Virus record (IMG/VR): IMGVR_UViG_3300028840_004184
Coordinates: 64,001-128,000 of that record
DNA length: 64,000 nt
Source: a virus
Reading direction: 5' to 3' (one strand)
Part shown: positions 27,397 through 36,759 of the stretch, piece by piece
Layout: the number at the start of each line of letters is the position of its first letter
How positions within the stretch are numbered: the stretch's first letter is position 1
Position numbers and translations under genes: made by a program
Notes under the pieces: generated by a model
Told to the model about the DNA's origin: nothing
The model's input: only the letters and a program-made list of their open reading frames with translations
The model's database searches: none

Positions 27397-28011
27397 ATGA
27401 GAATTCCTGATATTTTGATAAAAGATCTTAATAGCCTAAGTCCAGGCAATCGTGTTTTGAGATTAAGGGGATTGTCGTCATATTATCGAAACCCAAGATA
27501 TTGTTTGTTTTGTAACAAAGTTATTAATGCTGTACCTGGAGTACGTCTTGCACGCACAAAGGCAAAAAAGTTTTGTAACCAAAGATGTGCTGCATTATAC
27601 AATAATAAGCGTAAGCTGTCTAATGAGTGTTTGTATTGTGGTAAATCAATATATAAGTATCGTAAATACTGTTCTCATAAGTGTGTTCAAGAGCATAAAT
27701 ATAGAACATATATCGGTAAATGGCTTAGCGGTAAAGTAAGTGGTATAAAAGGCAAGGACAGCATATCTAATTATATCAGACGTTGGTTAATTGATAAATA
27801 TAACAATCGATGCGTTAAGTGTGGATGGAGTGTAAAAAATAGATATACGAATAAAGTCCCTCTACAAATTAATCACATCGATGGTAATTGGAAAAACAAC
27901 AAGTCCGAGAATTTAGAGCTTGTATGTCCTAATTGTCATTCATTAACACCTAATTATGGTGGTAGAAATAAAGGAAAAGGACGACCATATAGGTATAAAA
28001 TGCGAGTATAA
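27397..28011 (+). CDS. HNH homing endonuclease in the tRNA array
   Basis: FCNQRC/YCSHKC; LQINHIDGNWKNNKSENLELVCPNCHS. Confidence 0.9.
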   Translation: MRIPDILIKDLNSLSPGNRVLRLRGLSSYYRNPRYCLFCNKVINAVPGVRLARTKAKKFCNQRCAALYNNKRKLSNECLYCGKSIYKYRKYCSHKCVQEHKYRTYIGKWLSGKVSGIKGKDSISNYIRRWLIDKYNNRCVKCGWSVKNRYTNKVPLQINHIDGNWKNNKSENLELVCPNCHSLTPNYGGRNKGKGRPYRYKMRV

Positions 28012-28075
28012 TTCAATGGTAGAAAGTCACCCTTCCAAGGTGGATATGCCGGTTCGAATCCGGCTACTCGCTCCA
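28002..28075 (+). tRNA. tRNA-Gly(TCC)
   Basis: Cloverleaf, U73-CCA. Confidence 0.92.
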
Positions 28076-28116
28076 TACTGCTCAATCGCCGCAGGGCTTG
28101 CTTTTTAAGGAAGAAT

Positions 28117-28371
28117 ATGGTGGAAAATAAACCGAGTTATCTCTGGGTGTGTGATCAATGTCGTGAGAAAGATTGGGAAACCCTGACTATTGGCAGATTA
28201 ATTGATGACCGGGTGTGCAAGTGGTGTGGTAGGGGTGGCGTTAATACATCTGCTGTTTCGTTTGATAAACTTATTGGTACTCATGCTATGAATTATATTT
28301 CTAAGAGAAATGATATTGGGGGTGGTTCATGTGGCGAAGAAGAGAAAAGAGAGGGTAATAAAGCTGGCTAA
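28117..28371 (+). CDS. Small Zn-binding protein
   Basis: CxxC pairs, SD. Confidence 0.6.
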   Translation: MVENKPSYLWVCDQCREKDWETLTIGRLIDDRVCKWCGRGGVNTSAVSFDKLIGTHAMNYISKRNDIGGGSCGEEEKREGNKAG

Positions 28372-28525
28372 GGAATTGTGGAAAGATAAGATAGAGCAAA
28401 TGTCTGACCAGGAATTTGTAAATTTCCTTAAGATGAATTCGCCATGTGAAAATAAAAGCAAAAAAGGATTTGACATTCTCCGAAAATAGGATAAGCTTGA
28501 CTAAAAACTCTTAGGGATTATCTGG

Positions 28526-28909
28526 ATGGAAATTAATGAACGTGTTGTAGGCATGTTAGAACAATCAGCACAAAAACTTAACATTACCGCAGAGCATCTT
28601 TGGGGTGCTCTTGTTGCCCAAGCTCCTATTCAGGGCTTAGTGAACTGTTGTTATCTTTTTTTGTTTTTAATATCATCTATCTTATGTCTTAGAATGGCTT
28701 TTAAGTTTAGCGTAAAGGGTCGATGGGGTCCTAACGATCCATGTACCAAAACCGAGGCCATCACTGTTATATATGGCATTTTATGTTGTATATCGGTTCT
28801 TTGGGGGCTGGTAATGATGTATCGCCTGCCCATGTCTATCGGTGCTATTGTTAATCCTGATTATTGGGCTCTCAATGAATTAGCCACAATACTTGGTGTA
28901 TCTAAATAA
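28526..28909 (+). CDS. Two-TM membrane protein
   Basis: 'AEHLWGALVAQA...NPDYWAL' phage membrane-protein pattern. Confidence 0.75.
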   Translation: MEINERVVGMLEQSAQKLNITAEHLWGALVAQAPIQGLVNCCYLFLFLISSILCLRMAFKFSVKGRWGPNDPCTKTEAITVIYGILCCISVLWGLVMMYRLPMSIGAIVNPDYWALNELATILGVSK

Positions 28910-28920
28910 GGAGTGTATTC

Positions 28921-29676
28921 ATGAGAGGTGATTATGGTTCCATGGGATGTAATTTAGGTAAATCATCTGGGGCGGAACGATGGGTGTTTATTTGTCTTAT
29001 AGTCGCCGTCTGTCTTGTCACCGTAGTATCGGGTCTATGGAGTGCTTTTGCTGATGAACCCGTTATACGGCAGACGGGTGCTCCTCAAGATACAGAAGAA
29101 GAGACTGGTGGCTGTCCCGTTAGTATAGAAGTTAATGTTTATGAGGAAGATGGCAGTCTGTATTATTGGGTGAAGACAGCAGAAGGATGTGGCGAAACAG
29201 TTTTTGAAATTTCGTTTACATACTGTGTAAGTATTGGTGGAGTATTCTCTGTAACCCATAGGATATATGGAGATATAGAGGACTCTTTTTTAATCGACTC
29301 CGCTGATCTTAAGCTACTCACCATCGTAGGTAATGCGGTTGATGAGGAAAGACATCAAAGCGTTGATTATGATGTGTGGGTTTCTCCTTCTCATACGGAG
29401 AGCCTACTTAATATTGCCGTTAATGTATGGCATATGAAGTTCAGTGTTTTTTATTCTGCTGATATCACAAAGGACACATCACCAGCCAGGTTCAGTATAA
29501 GTATAACTACGGTATTAAAAGGTGGTGGTATAGCTACTTATTCATCGCCGATCCATCGTGATTGGCCGCATGTTCCCACTGATAACTATGTCGATTTGGC
29601 ATTGTCCAGTATAGTCGGCGAAGCCATAGACCAACAAGGACACCATAAACTCGACCATGATATGTGGAAGGAGTAA
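28921..29676 (+). CDS. Membrane-anchored protein with two similar beta domains
   Basis: TM; internal repeat TIVGNAVDEERHQSVDYDVW / SIVGEAIDQQGHHKLDHDMW. Confidence 0.7.
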   Translation: MRGDYGSMGCNLGKSSGAERWVFICLIVAVCLVTVVSGLWSAFADEPVIRQTGAPQDTEEETGGCPVSIEVNVYEEDGSLYYWVKTAEGCGETVFEISFTYCVSIGGVFSVTHRIYGDIEDSFLIDSADLKLLTIVGNAVDEERHQSVDYDVWVSPSHTESLLNIAVNVWHMKFSVFYSADITKDTSPARFSISITTVLKGGGIATYSSPIHRDWPHVPTDNYVDLALSSIVGEAIDQQGHHKLDHDMWKE

Positions 29677-29683
29677 ATAAAAA

Positions 29684-30133
29684 ATGAGATGCGGAATGAA
29701 GCTTTTAACATCTTTGTGGATAGCATTTTCTTTGATGACATTGTGTGGATGCATTAGTCGAAACGAAGCCGAGGCTGTTGTCACCGCAGATATCGTTGCT
29801 ATTGAAAACAAAATTATAGATGGCGATTTGAATTTTGGTATTCTCGGTGGCCGTGGTTCGGTGAGTAATGATACCATTAAAATAGGCGTCAGATTTTATC
29901 TTGCCGATGAGTTATTTTTGCTTGATATTGATGCTTTACATGCCGAACTTGCACATTTTTGTAGTAATGAGAATAATAACAAAATACCTATTCGGGTTAG
30001 AGCAGTAACTTGTGATACCTGGGTGACAGACGAAGGAATTTTATATTTTCATTTGAATCATAGGCGGATATATTATAATCGTATCCCTATGGGGCGAGCA
30101 GACAAGTTTATTAATTACCTGAAGTACAAATAG
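29684..30133 (+). CDS. Putative lipoprotein
   Basis: LCGC lipobox. Confidence 0.65.
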   Translation: MRCGMKLLTSLWIAFSLMTLCGCISRNEAEAVVTADIVAIENKIIDGDLNFGILGGRGSVSNDTIKIGVRFYLADELFLLDIDALHAELAHFCSNENNNKIPIRVRAVTCDTWVTDEGILYFHLNHRRIYYNRIPMGRADKFINYLKYK

Positions 30134-30202
30134 GGGGCGATGTTGAAGTACATTATCAACTTATTGTCAACTTATCCTAAATTTTATTGACAACTTCATG
30201 GG

Positions 30203-30260
30203 GCAAGTAAGCGACTATCATTATAGGGCTTGCCGCGAGTAAGCCCGTCTCATTATAGGG
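30203..30260 (+). repeat. GCRAGTAAG-N-TATAG repeat cluster 1 (2 copies)
   Basis: Copies at 30203 and 30235. Confidence 0.7.
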
Positions 30261-30404
30261 TCTCTTTGCCGCTATATTCTTCGGTTATGGAGCAGCCCCA
30301 CATGTCGAAGAACATTTACTCCTGTCGAAATGACAGGTTTTTCCTGCCAATTTGTCGAAACGCAAATACTACCTATTTTTTGCGTCAAAAAAATATTTTT
30401 CAAC

Positions 30405-30432
30405 TTGACAACACCATTTCGCGATGTATAAT
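30405..30432 (+). promoter_or_regulatory. Sigma70-type promoter
   Basis: TTGACA-N16-TATAAT. Confidence 0.75.
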
Positions 30433-30535
30433 AAGGTAACTTCGAAAGAAAAAGGAAGCTGAGTTTTCCTTACTCTTTTTAGGCAAAATAGTTATGTGAG
30501 TGTACCATTCTTTCATGGATTGTCAAGGAGTTTTT

Positions 30536-30700
30536 ATGAAAATCGCTGTCGAAGATCTTGAGATAGGTATGCAGGTCGGACCTTATGGCGAGGTATATGA
30601 CATAAGAATCTATGATACTTTCATAGTCGTAGAATTCATAAGAGATGATACAATACACGATGGGATTTATGGTAGATACCAGGAAATTATGTGGCTATGA
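30536..30700 (+). CDS. Small hypothetical protein
   Basis: AAGGAG SD. Confidence 0.6.
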   Translation: MKIAVEDLEIGMQVGPYGEVYDIRIYDTFIVVEFIRDDTIHDGIYGRYQEIMWL

Positions 30701-30730
30701 GTTATAGACAAATTCAAGGGGATTAAATTA

Positions 30731-31210
30731 ATGAATAATATGTGTCCTAAATGTGGTGGTGTTATGGAGCTAGGTTTTAACCAATACACTTGTTATCAGT
30801 GCGGAAAAGAACCGGTATATAACGAATATAATTTCGATGTAGGTTATAACCGTGATTTTAAAATTGGCGATAGGTGGTGTAATATTTTTAAGTCTGGTGG
30901 TACAAAGTATTTTAGAATAGCCACTAGCATTACAGTAGATGCTTCTACTTGCAACTGGTTTCCTTTGTGTCCAGATGAATTGAAGATATTTCTTTATACT
31001 ATTAAGTCTCCTTATAAAAATCATTTGCTTTCAGGCACGCAACACGCATTGTCAGGAAAGCATTTTGATATCACAATATATAACAGAGACCAATTAGTTA
31101 TAAAGGGTTCTACAACATCTGAGCAGATGGAAATCATTTTTAGTAAAAAAGATGCGGAAAAACTTGTATCTCTTGTGAAACAAGTGAAAAAATTATTTGA
31201 CTCTTGTTGA
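30731..31210 (+). CDS. Zn-ribbon-tagged hypothetical protein
   Basis: MCPKCGGVMELGFNQYTCYQC. Confidence 0.7.
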   Translation: MNNMCPKCGGVMELGFNQYTCYQCGKEPVYNEYNFDVGYNRDFKIGDRWCNIFKSGGTKYFRIATSITVDASTCNWFPLCPDELKIFLYTIKSPYKNHLLSGTQHALSGKHFDITIYNRDQLVIKGSTTSEQMEIIFSKKDAEKLVSLVKQVKKLFDSC

Positions 31211-31251
31211 AAAATAAGCTATACTTTAATCAACAAGGAAAGGATTAATCG

Positions 31252-31458
31252 ATGACTGAACATTGTACATGTTGTGGCCGTCCACTTAAAGAGAGTCGGA
31301 TAGTGTGGTTAGAACTTGACCAGAGGATTAATGAGTATCATGATGGCATTATTCCGGAGGAGTCATCACAGGGTGCGTTTCCGTTTGGAACTGATTGTGC
31401 AAGGAAAGCAATCGTCAGAGCCAATAATGCTCTTATCAAGCTAAAGAAAGGAACTTAA
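31252..31458 (+). CDS. Small conserved phage protein
   Basis: C..CGR.L....VWLELD...SQG.FPFG.DCA; promoter TTGACT-N17-TATACT at 31197. Confidence 0.7.
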   Translation: MTEHCTCCGRPLKESRIVWLELDQRINEYHDGIIPEESSQGAFPFGTDCARKAIVRANNALIKLKKGT

Positions 31459-31459
31459 C

Positions 31460-31643
31460 TCGGCGTGGCAGGTTGCTACCCGCTTGCGGGGAAAAACGGT
31501 TAAGCGTGATCAAAGCGAAAGAATCGAATCATAGGTTGCTGATCACTGATCTGCTGAGGGCTATAGTCCGTTGAGGCTTAATATGATGAGTGAATTTCGT
31601 TAAGGTTTAATTGAGCGGGTTCGAATCCCGCCGCCGATGTCCA
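31460..31643 (+). ncRNA. ~180-nt RNA closed by a tRNA-like acceptor stem and T arm
   Basis: TCGGCG/CGCCGA stem and GCGGG-TTCGAAT-CCCGC T arm. Confidence 0.5.
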
Positions 31644-31744
31644 AAATTAATCTTGTTTTTTCTCTTGACTCTTGGAAAAAAAGAGATATAATTTAGTTGA
31701 TGTGAATAAAAGACAAGCAGGAATTTGTTGAGCGGAGCGAAACA

Positions 31745-32185
31745 ATGAATCTTAGGGAAGCTAGAGAGAGAACCCAGTATTTAATGAAGAGGCATGGCTT
31801 AGGGAATAACTGGTCTTTCAGGTGGTCTCGTGGCAGAAGGCTTCATGGGTATGCTCAATATAATGAGAGAACAAAAAGGGGACATATCGCGTTGTCAAGA
31901 TTTTTTGTGCAGCTTAATACATCTGACGAGATTGAAGATACTATTTTGCATGAAATAGCTCACGCTCTTGTCGGTGTCGGCAAGGGGCATAGTCCTGCCT
32001 GGAAGCTTAAGGCTATAGAAATAGGGCTATCTAATCCACAAAGGGTAACTATAGCTAATATGCCTGAGCCTAAATATTTTGCTGTTTGTGCTTGTGCGAT
32101 AAGACATAAGCGTCATAGAAAAAGTCGTAGACATGCTTACTTTTGTCGAAAGTGTGGCGAAGAATTAAGGTGGAAAGAAAAATAA
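31745..32185 (+). CDS. SprT-like zinc metalloprotease
   Basis: DTILHEIAHAL...GH...WK..A..IG; C-terminal Cys/His; promoter TTGACT-N16-TATAAT at 31665. Confidence 0.85.
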   Translation: MNLREARERTQYLMKRHGLGNNWSFRWSRGRRLHGYAQYNERTKRGHIALSRFFVQLNTSDEIEDTILHEIAHALVGVGKGHSPAWKLKAIEIGLSNPQRVTIANMPEPKYFAVCACAIRHKRHRKSRRHAYFCRKCGEELRWKEK

Positions 32186-32269
32186 AATTTCTTCCTTGAC
32201 TCTGATTGAAGATCAAGATATAATTAGGTAAATCGAAACTAAGAACTTTTGTTAAAAGGAGTAATGCTG

Positions 32270-33232
32270 ATGGAATCAACTTTGTGGCGTGATGAAGGCA
32301 AGGACGTTAGTCACCTTACTACTCTTGATGAGGTAATCGAGGCGGCTGGTCTTGATTTCCCGATGGTTCTTTGTCAGGTTAAGACTATGCTGCCTGACGG
32401 TAACGAGAGGCTGGAAGAGAATCAGTTCAACGTGGTCCGTTCCGATACGAACGTGACCCTCACCAGGAAGACTGTCGCCGGGTCTTATGGTCTTCTCCAG
32501 AATAAAAATCTCCTGGACATAGCTAGGCAGTTGATGGAGCAGGGATGTACTCCCGATGCTGCTGGTGTCATCGAAGATGGCCGTCGTGTTTTCTGTGTCC
32601 TTAATTTTCCCGAAGATGAAAGTACTGTCACTGATGTCGGATCTTTAGGTGGTCAGGCTGAGGATATCATTCTTCCTCGTATCGGCATCTTTGCCGCAAA
32701 TGATGGTTCGGGCAGTGTGGTTGCCAAGCTTATGTCGCTTCGTATGTGGTGTAACAACATGTACCAGGCTGCTATCGGGCAGAAGGGATATACTATCCAT
32801 ATGAAGCATAGCAAGAATGTTCATGACAGACTTGCGGAAGCTACGAACGTTCTCAAGAACATGAGAGAAGAATGGATTCGGAGAATTGATTTTTACAAGG
32901 CTCTTCGTAGCAAGCCATTGCCTTTCGACCAGGCCCAGATGGCGGCTCGCCGTATCCTCAAAATAGATACCGAGAAGCCTTATGATGAACTTCCTACTAA
33001 AAGCCGTAATCGCATTGAAGCTTTGCTTGGTGAATTCAATAACCCCGAGAGAGGGGCTTTCGGCAAGACTGCTTTTGACATGTTTAATGCGGTAACAGCC
33101 TATAATACTCACACTGTCAATACTAAGAAGTCTCGACTCGACTATGCGGCCCTTGGTGATGGTGCTAAGAGGGAAGACCGTGCTATGCGGATATTGGCCG
33201 AGATGATCGGATACGATCTAAAAGAGGAGTAG
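32270..33232 (+). CDS. DUF932/DUF945-family phage/plasmid protein
   Basis: AAGLDF, VVRSDT, Y..LQN, AG.I.DGRRVF, NDGSGS, R.WCNN, TAFDMFNAVTAY.TH. Confidence 0.85.
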   Translation: MESTLWRDEGKDVSHLTTLDEVIEAAGLDFPMVLCQVKTMLPDGNERLEENQFNVVRSDTNVTLTRKTVAGSYGLLQNKNLLDIARQLMEQGCTPDAAGVIEDGRRVFCVLNFPEDESTVTDVGSLGGQAEDIILPRIGIFAANDGSGSVVAKLMSLRMWCNNMYQAAIGQKGYTIHMKHSKNVHDRLAEATNVLKNMREEWIRRIDFYKALRSKPLPFDQAQMAARRILKIDTEKPYDELPTKSRNRIEALLGEFNNPERGAFGKTAFDMFNAVTAYNTHTVNTKKSRLDYAALGDGAKREDRAMRILAEMIGYDLKEE

Positions 33233-33340
33233 TAAACCCCTTTTACAGTGAATAAGTGTGCAGCCCCTACACGGATAGTCCGGTAAGAGTCCGGTTAAAT
33301 CGGGGATTCATCGAGCAGAGCTATCCTTTATATTTCTATT

Positions 33341-33658
33341 ATGGAGAGGATCATGGAATTGATCAGTAAGGTCGGGCATTATTACTGGAGAGATAATGAG
33401 GATCGTATTGTTATCAGTGACGAATCAGCAGATGGTGTTGATGAGATTGGAAAACCCGAAAACACTGATGATGGCATCTTGTATCTTGATGAAGAGGGGT
33501 TGAGGAACATCGATTTGAAGAAAGCCAGGAGTAGTTTTCGTCAGTCTACTTATTACCTGTTGCCTATTATCACTACAAATGGAGAGAAAAGATGGACCCC
33601 GGCAGAGACAAATGAATTTTATTTTGCTTTGGGGTTGGCACTTGGAGTTAAACAGTAG
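33341..33658 (+). CDS. Hypothetical protein
   Basis: ORF in + strand cluster. Confidence 0.6.
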   Translation: MERIMELISKVGHYYWRDNEDRIVISDESADGVDEIGKPENTDDGILYLDEEGLRNIDLKKARSSFRQSTYYLLPIITTNGEKRWTPAETNEFYFALGLALGVKQ

Positions 33659-33768
33659 TTAAAAAATAGCCGGTATGTGTCAGATGGAAAACTCTCAATG
33701 GTCCAATAGAATGCTCGCCGGTTTATTTAAACTCAGTTGCCGTTAGGCTAAAAAAGGACTAATAACAA

Positions 33769-34149
33769 ATGAGTACTAATAAAAATATTAAGCGTCTTCC
33801 TATCGAGTGGCAAGCGATAGATGAAATAGTTGTTATAGATGCTGATGGATGGCGTTGTGATAATAAATCTTGGGACGATCCGATTACTCGTTTTGAATGG
33901 GATAAACGCAAATCTCAGTCTACTATTCGACCTAAAAAGAAGATTAAGGGGATGACTGTCCGACGTGGTGATACAATCGAAAGTGAATTTGGTAGGGGTT
34001 TAATTGTTGCCATTACTAAACAGTGGGTTATCCACGAGATTCGTGGTGGGGAAGAAGAGGTTGCTTTATATCGTGCAAGAGATTCTTTTTGGATACCTGC
34101 TGAGCCCGTGGGCGAAGATGTACTTGATGTAGAGATGGAGATCGATTAA
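33769..34149 (+). CDS. Hypothetical protein
   Basis: AAGGA SD. Confidence 0.65.
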   Translation: MSTNKNIKRLPIEWQAIDEIVVIDADGWRCDNKSWDDPITRFEWDKRKSQSTIRPKKKIKGMTVRRGDTIESEFGRGLIVAITKQWVIHEIRGGEEEVALYRARDSFWIPAEPVGEDVLDVEMEID

Positions 34150-34349
34150 TGGACAAGGACCAACGAATTGCTTACATTAATGCTATGGTTGTATGTGCTC
34201 AAATCGAAGCTATGGGCATGCAAGCCGAAAATAAATATCGAGAAGAATGTGGTAAACAGATAGCTTACGATGAAAAGTCTTTCATGGACGTGATAAATAA
34301 GTATGGTATTCATCACAATGCCGTAATAGAATATTTGAGGGATTATTAA
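34149..34349 (+). CDS. Small phage protein
   Basis: 'IEAMGMQAEN..RE..G..IAYDE..F' pattern. Confidence 0.7.
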   Translation: MDKDQRIAYINAMVVCAQIEAMGMQAENKYREECGKQIAYDEKSFMDVINKYGIHHNAVIEYLRDY

Positions 34350-34643
34350 ATGACACGAAAGCAAATCTTGACGCGAAGCGTCAAATATTTTCTTTGGAGA
34401 TGGTTCATTTGTCCCTGGAGAGTATACCATCATTTAAGAAGATGGCCAAATAAGTCAGCGGCTATTAGATATGTTCGTGAAAACACAGGATGGCCCCTGC
34501 TGAAATGCAGAGATTATGTCTATAGTAAATTTGGGCGGCATGTGTGGCATGAGAATCTTCATTGTATGTATTACAAAATAGGACCGATCAAATTGTGGCA
34601 ATATCCACGCCTGGCTAGACTAAGATTAAGGAACCCAAAATGA
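34350..34643 (+). CDS. Small basic protein
   Basis: 'AIRYVRENTGWPL..CRDYV' segment resembling the L7/L12 C-terminal helices. Confidence 0.55.
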   Translation: MTRKQILTRSVKYFLWRWFICPWRVYHHLRRWPNKSAAIRYVRENTGWPLLKCRDYVYSKFGRHVWHENLHCMYYKIGPIKLWQYPRLARLRLRNPK

Positions 34644-35041
34644 TTCGTATTAGTGAATATCCTATTCATAATATATTAAGTAATGTTGTTATTGCTCAAA
34701 GAGGTAAGAAAACAAGAAAGAAAGACAAGAGATATTTGGAATGGAATGAACATAAGGTCAGAATGGATTCGTTACGCCTCAAAACATTTGCGAATTATGG
34801 CACACAGTGTGTGAAGTGTGGAATCAAAGGTAGGTTTTTTGCTCTTGAGAAACATCACATAAATGCGAGTCGTGATGTTGCACATTTTAATCTTTATGCT
34901 TTTGATGATAGGGGTCACGAAGTATTAATGACAAGGGATCACGTTATCCCAAAATCTAGGGGGGGAAGAAATTTTCTTGGTAATATGCAACCGATGTGCT
35001 GTAAATGTAATAATGAAAAAGGTGATCGAATTGGAGATTAA
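34640..35041 (+). CDS. HNH endonuclease
   Basis: CVKCG...MTRDHVIPKSRGG....NMQPMCCKCN.EKG. Confidence 0.85.
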   Translation: MIRISEYPIHNILSNVVIAQRGKKTRKKDKRYLEWNEHKVRMDSLRLKTFANYGTQCVKCGIKGRFFALEKHHINASRDVAHFNLYAFDDRGHEVLMTRDHVIPKSRGGRNFLGNMQPMCCKCNNEKGDRIGD

Positions 35042-35043
35042 AA

Positions 35044-35442
35044 ATGAATTTTAGAATAACCAGAAACAAAAGAAGTCGAAAAATGGCTACGGTAGGCAGC
35101 TTGGTCCGTGTAGGAGGAGTAGTTGTGATTGCTCTTCTAATTATTGGGGCGATTACATCTGCTTACTGGTCTCACGACACCGTAGTTGTGACCGTAAAGG
35201 ACAAGGAGAGGGTTAATAGTGGCGATTCTTCATACTATCTGGTGTTTACCGAAAACGAGGTATTCAAAAACAAAGACTCTCTCCTCTATATGAAATTTAA
35301 TTCGTCTGATTTATATGGCGAATTGGATAAGGGAGAGACTTATGAATTCGATGTGTATTGGTTTCGTATACCATTTCTCTCAATGTACCGTAACGTTGTG
35401 GATGCCCGGTTATGCGGCTTTAATAAGAAAGGTGAAGAGTAA
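35044..35442 (+). CDS. Membrane-anchored phage protein (DUF1523-like)
   Basis: TM, then 'TVKDKER...YYLVFT...VFKNKDSL...KFNSSDLY...RIPFLSMYRN'. Confidence 0.7.
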   Translation: MNFRITRNKRSRKMATVGSLVRVGGVVVIALLIIGAITSAYWSHDTVVVTVKDKERVNSGDSSYYLVFTENEVFKNKDSLLYMKFNSSDLYGELDKGETYEFDVYWFRIPFLSMYRNVVDARLCGFNKKGEE

Positions 35443-35733
35443 ATGAACATCACAACTGCTGATATCCTCGGAGTTCTTGAGGGTGTTTCGGGTATAAAAA
35501 AGTATGAAGTTGCTTTTATCCTAAAGTGGGATAGTGATATTGAACTTTTATTTAATGTCGAAGCTACAAATAAAGATAAAGCAGTTCAGGCAGGTCGCCA
35601 GAGGCTTATCGCCATGAATCAAAGGGAGCGGAAAAAGAAGGAAGACGGTGGTCCTCTTATTGATCTAAATATCTGGAAGAAACATCCTCGGGTGACCGAG
35701 ATTGTTGAGAGTGGTCGAAGAATAGGTAAATAA
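35443..35733 (+). CDS. Hypothetical protein
   Basis: Adjacent ORF. Confidence 0.6.
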   Translation: MNITTADILGVLEGVSGIKKYEVAFILKWDSDIELLFNVEATNKDKAVQAGRQRLIAMNQRERKKKEDGGPLIDLNIWKKHPRVTEIVESGRRIGK

Positions 35734-35767
35734 ATCGGCGTTTCACGCCGATGGAACAGTAGGAACG

Positions 35768-36055
35768 AAAAGAGAATTTGTGTTAGTGTGTTGGTTAATC
35801 ACACTGCGGGTAAAAAGCCTCGCTCGTAAAAACCCGGAAAAGTTAATAGCGAATCCCGGTCAGCTTTGTCTTGAGGCAAACTGCTAAATTGATGACCCCA
35901 TACCTGAGGCTCAGGTGAGGTAAAATTATTGAGGTTTTTTTGGTGCTTGTCATTTTTGTCCTAGTAGAAGGTCAATGATCGTAAAGATCAACCGGATAGG
36001 ATAAGAATCACCAAAGAACCATAAGTGGTGAGAATCCACACACAAGTTTTCTTTT
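35768..36055 (+). ncRNA. Candidate ~290-nt highly structured ncRNA
   Basis: 16-nt 5'/3' closing stem, D-arm-like and T-arm-like ends, multiple nested helices, no ORF. Confidence 0.6.
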
Positions 36056-36077
36056 TTTAATTATTATTAGCTTTGGA

Positions 36078-36323
36078 GTGAAACTACAAATGTACCACGA
36101 AGTTAAAATATCTCTCCAGTGGTTTTTGGATCAAGAGATCACCGGTCAGGCTGCGACGGTTAAAGATATGTTGGTGGATGAAGCGATGAAGAGAATGTCC
36201 AATGAGAATGTCCCTATTTCTGAGTATGACTTGGGCAAGCCTGTTATAATATGTAGGGATGGGTATCTTGTGATCCATTTTTATCCGCATAGGGGAGAGG
36301 ACAATGAAGTGCCCCAGGTATGA
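36078..36323 (+). CDS. Hypothetical protein
   Basis: ORF in cluster. Confidence 0.55.
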   Translation: MKLQMYHEVKISLQWFLDQEITGQAATVKDMLVDEAMKRMSNENVPISEYDLGKPVIICRDGYLVIHFYPHRGEDNEVPQV

Positions 36324-36759
36324 TAGAGAGATGACTATGTTGCTTACGTCTTCGTCTTGCGACGTGTGTGATGCCAAGAGTGATCCGGATGGGAAGGAAA
36401 AACCATCTTCGTGTAATAGCAATATAGGGTATAAGGTCACTGATGCTGCTCTTTTTAAAACTGGGTCTGATGGAAAGGGATCTGTAAAAAGTCTTGTTCC
36501 AGGATTTCAATTCAGGACAAACTGTGTCAAACAACCATCTATTCACGACCCTTACCGTATCGAAGATTATGCTGTGGCTGCTTCTGGTAGATTTGCTGAC
36601 GTGGAAATAAAAATTCTAAGCTTTGGTTTTGATGGTTACGGGAAGAGAATAGATTCTTATTATGCTATTTATCTTCCTGTGGATTGTGACTGGAAGAAAT
36701 TTGGTGAAATGTTATCCCGTGTTCGACAGAGACGAAAGGACAAAACTAATGGCCCTTAA
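36304..36759 (+). CDS. LLTS Zn-ribbon-tagged protein
   Basis: MKCPRYDREMTMLLTSSSCDVC. Confidence 0.7.
   Translation: MKCPRYDREMTMLLTSSSCDVCDAKSDPDGKEKPSSCNSNIGYKVTDAALFKTGSDGKGSVKSLVPGFQFRTNCVKQPSIHDPYRIEDYAVAASGRFADVEIKILSFGFDGYGKRIDSYYAIYLPVDCDWKKFGEMLSRVRQRRKDKTNGP

Noticed and set aside
30150-30196. DnaA boxes (TTATCAACT-like repeats)
   Set aside because: Two or more mismatches to TTATCCACA in AT-rich DNA; not supportable
31460-31643. tmRNA
   Set aside because: About half the expected length, no G3-U70 Ala acceptor, no convincing tag reading frame
33240-33326. Twister or pistol ribozyme after the DUF932 gene
   Set aside because: CCGGTAAGAGTCCGG-TTAAAT is suggestive, but I could not find the required pseudoknot partners
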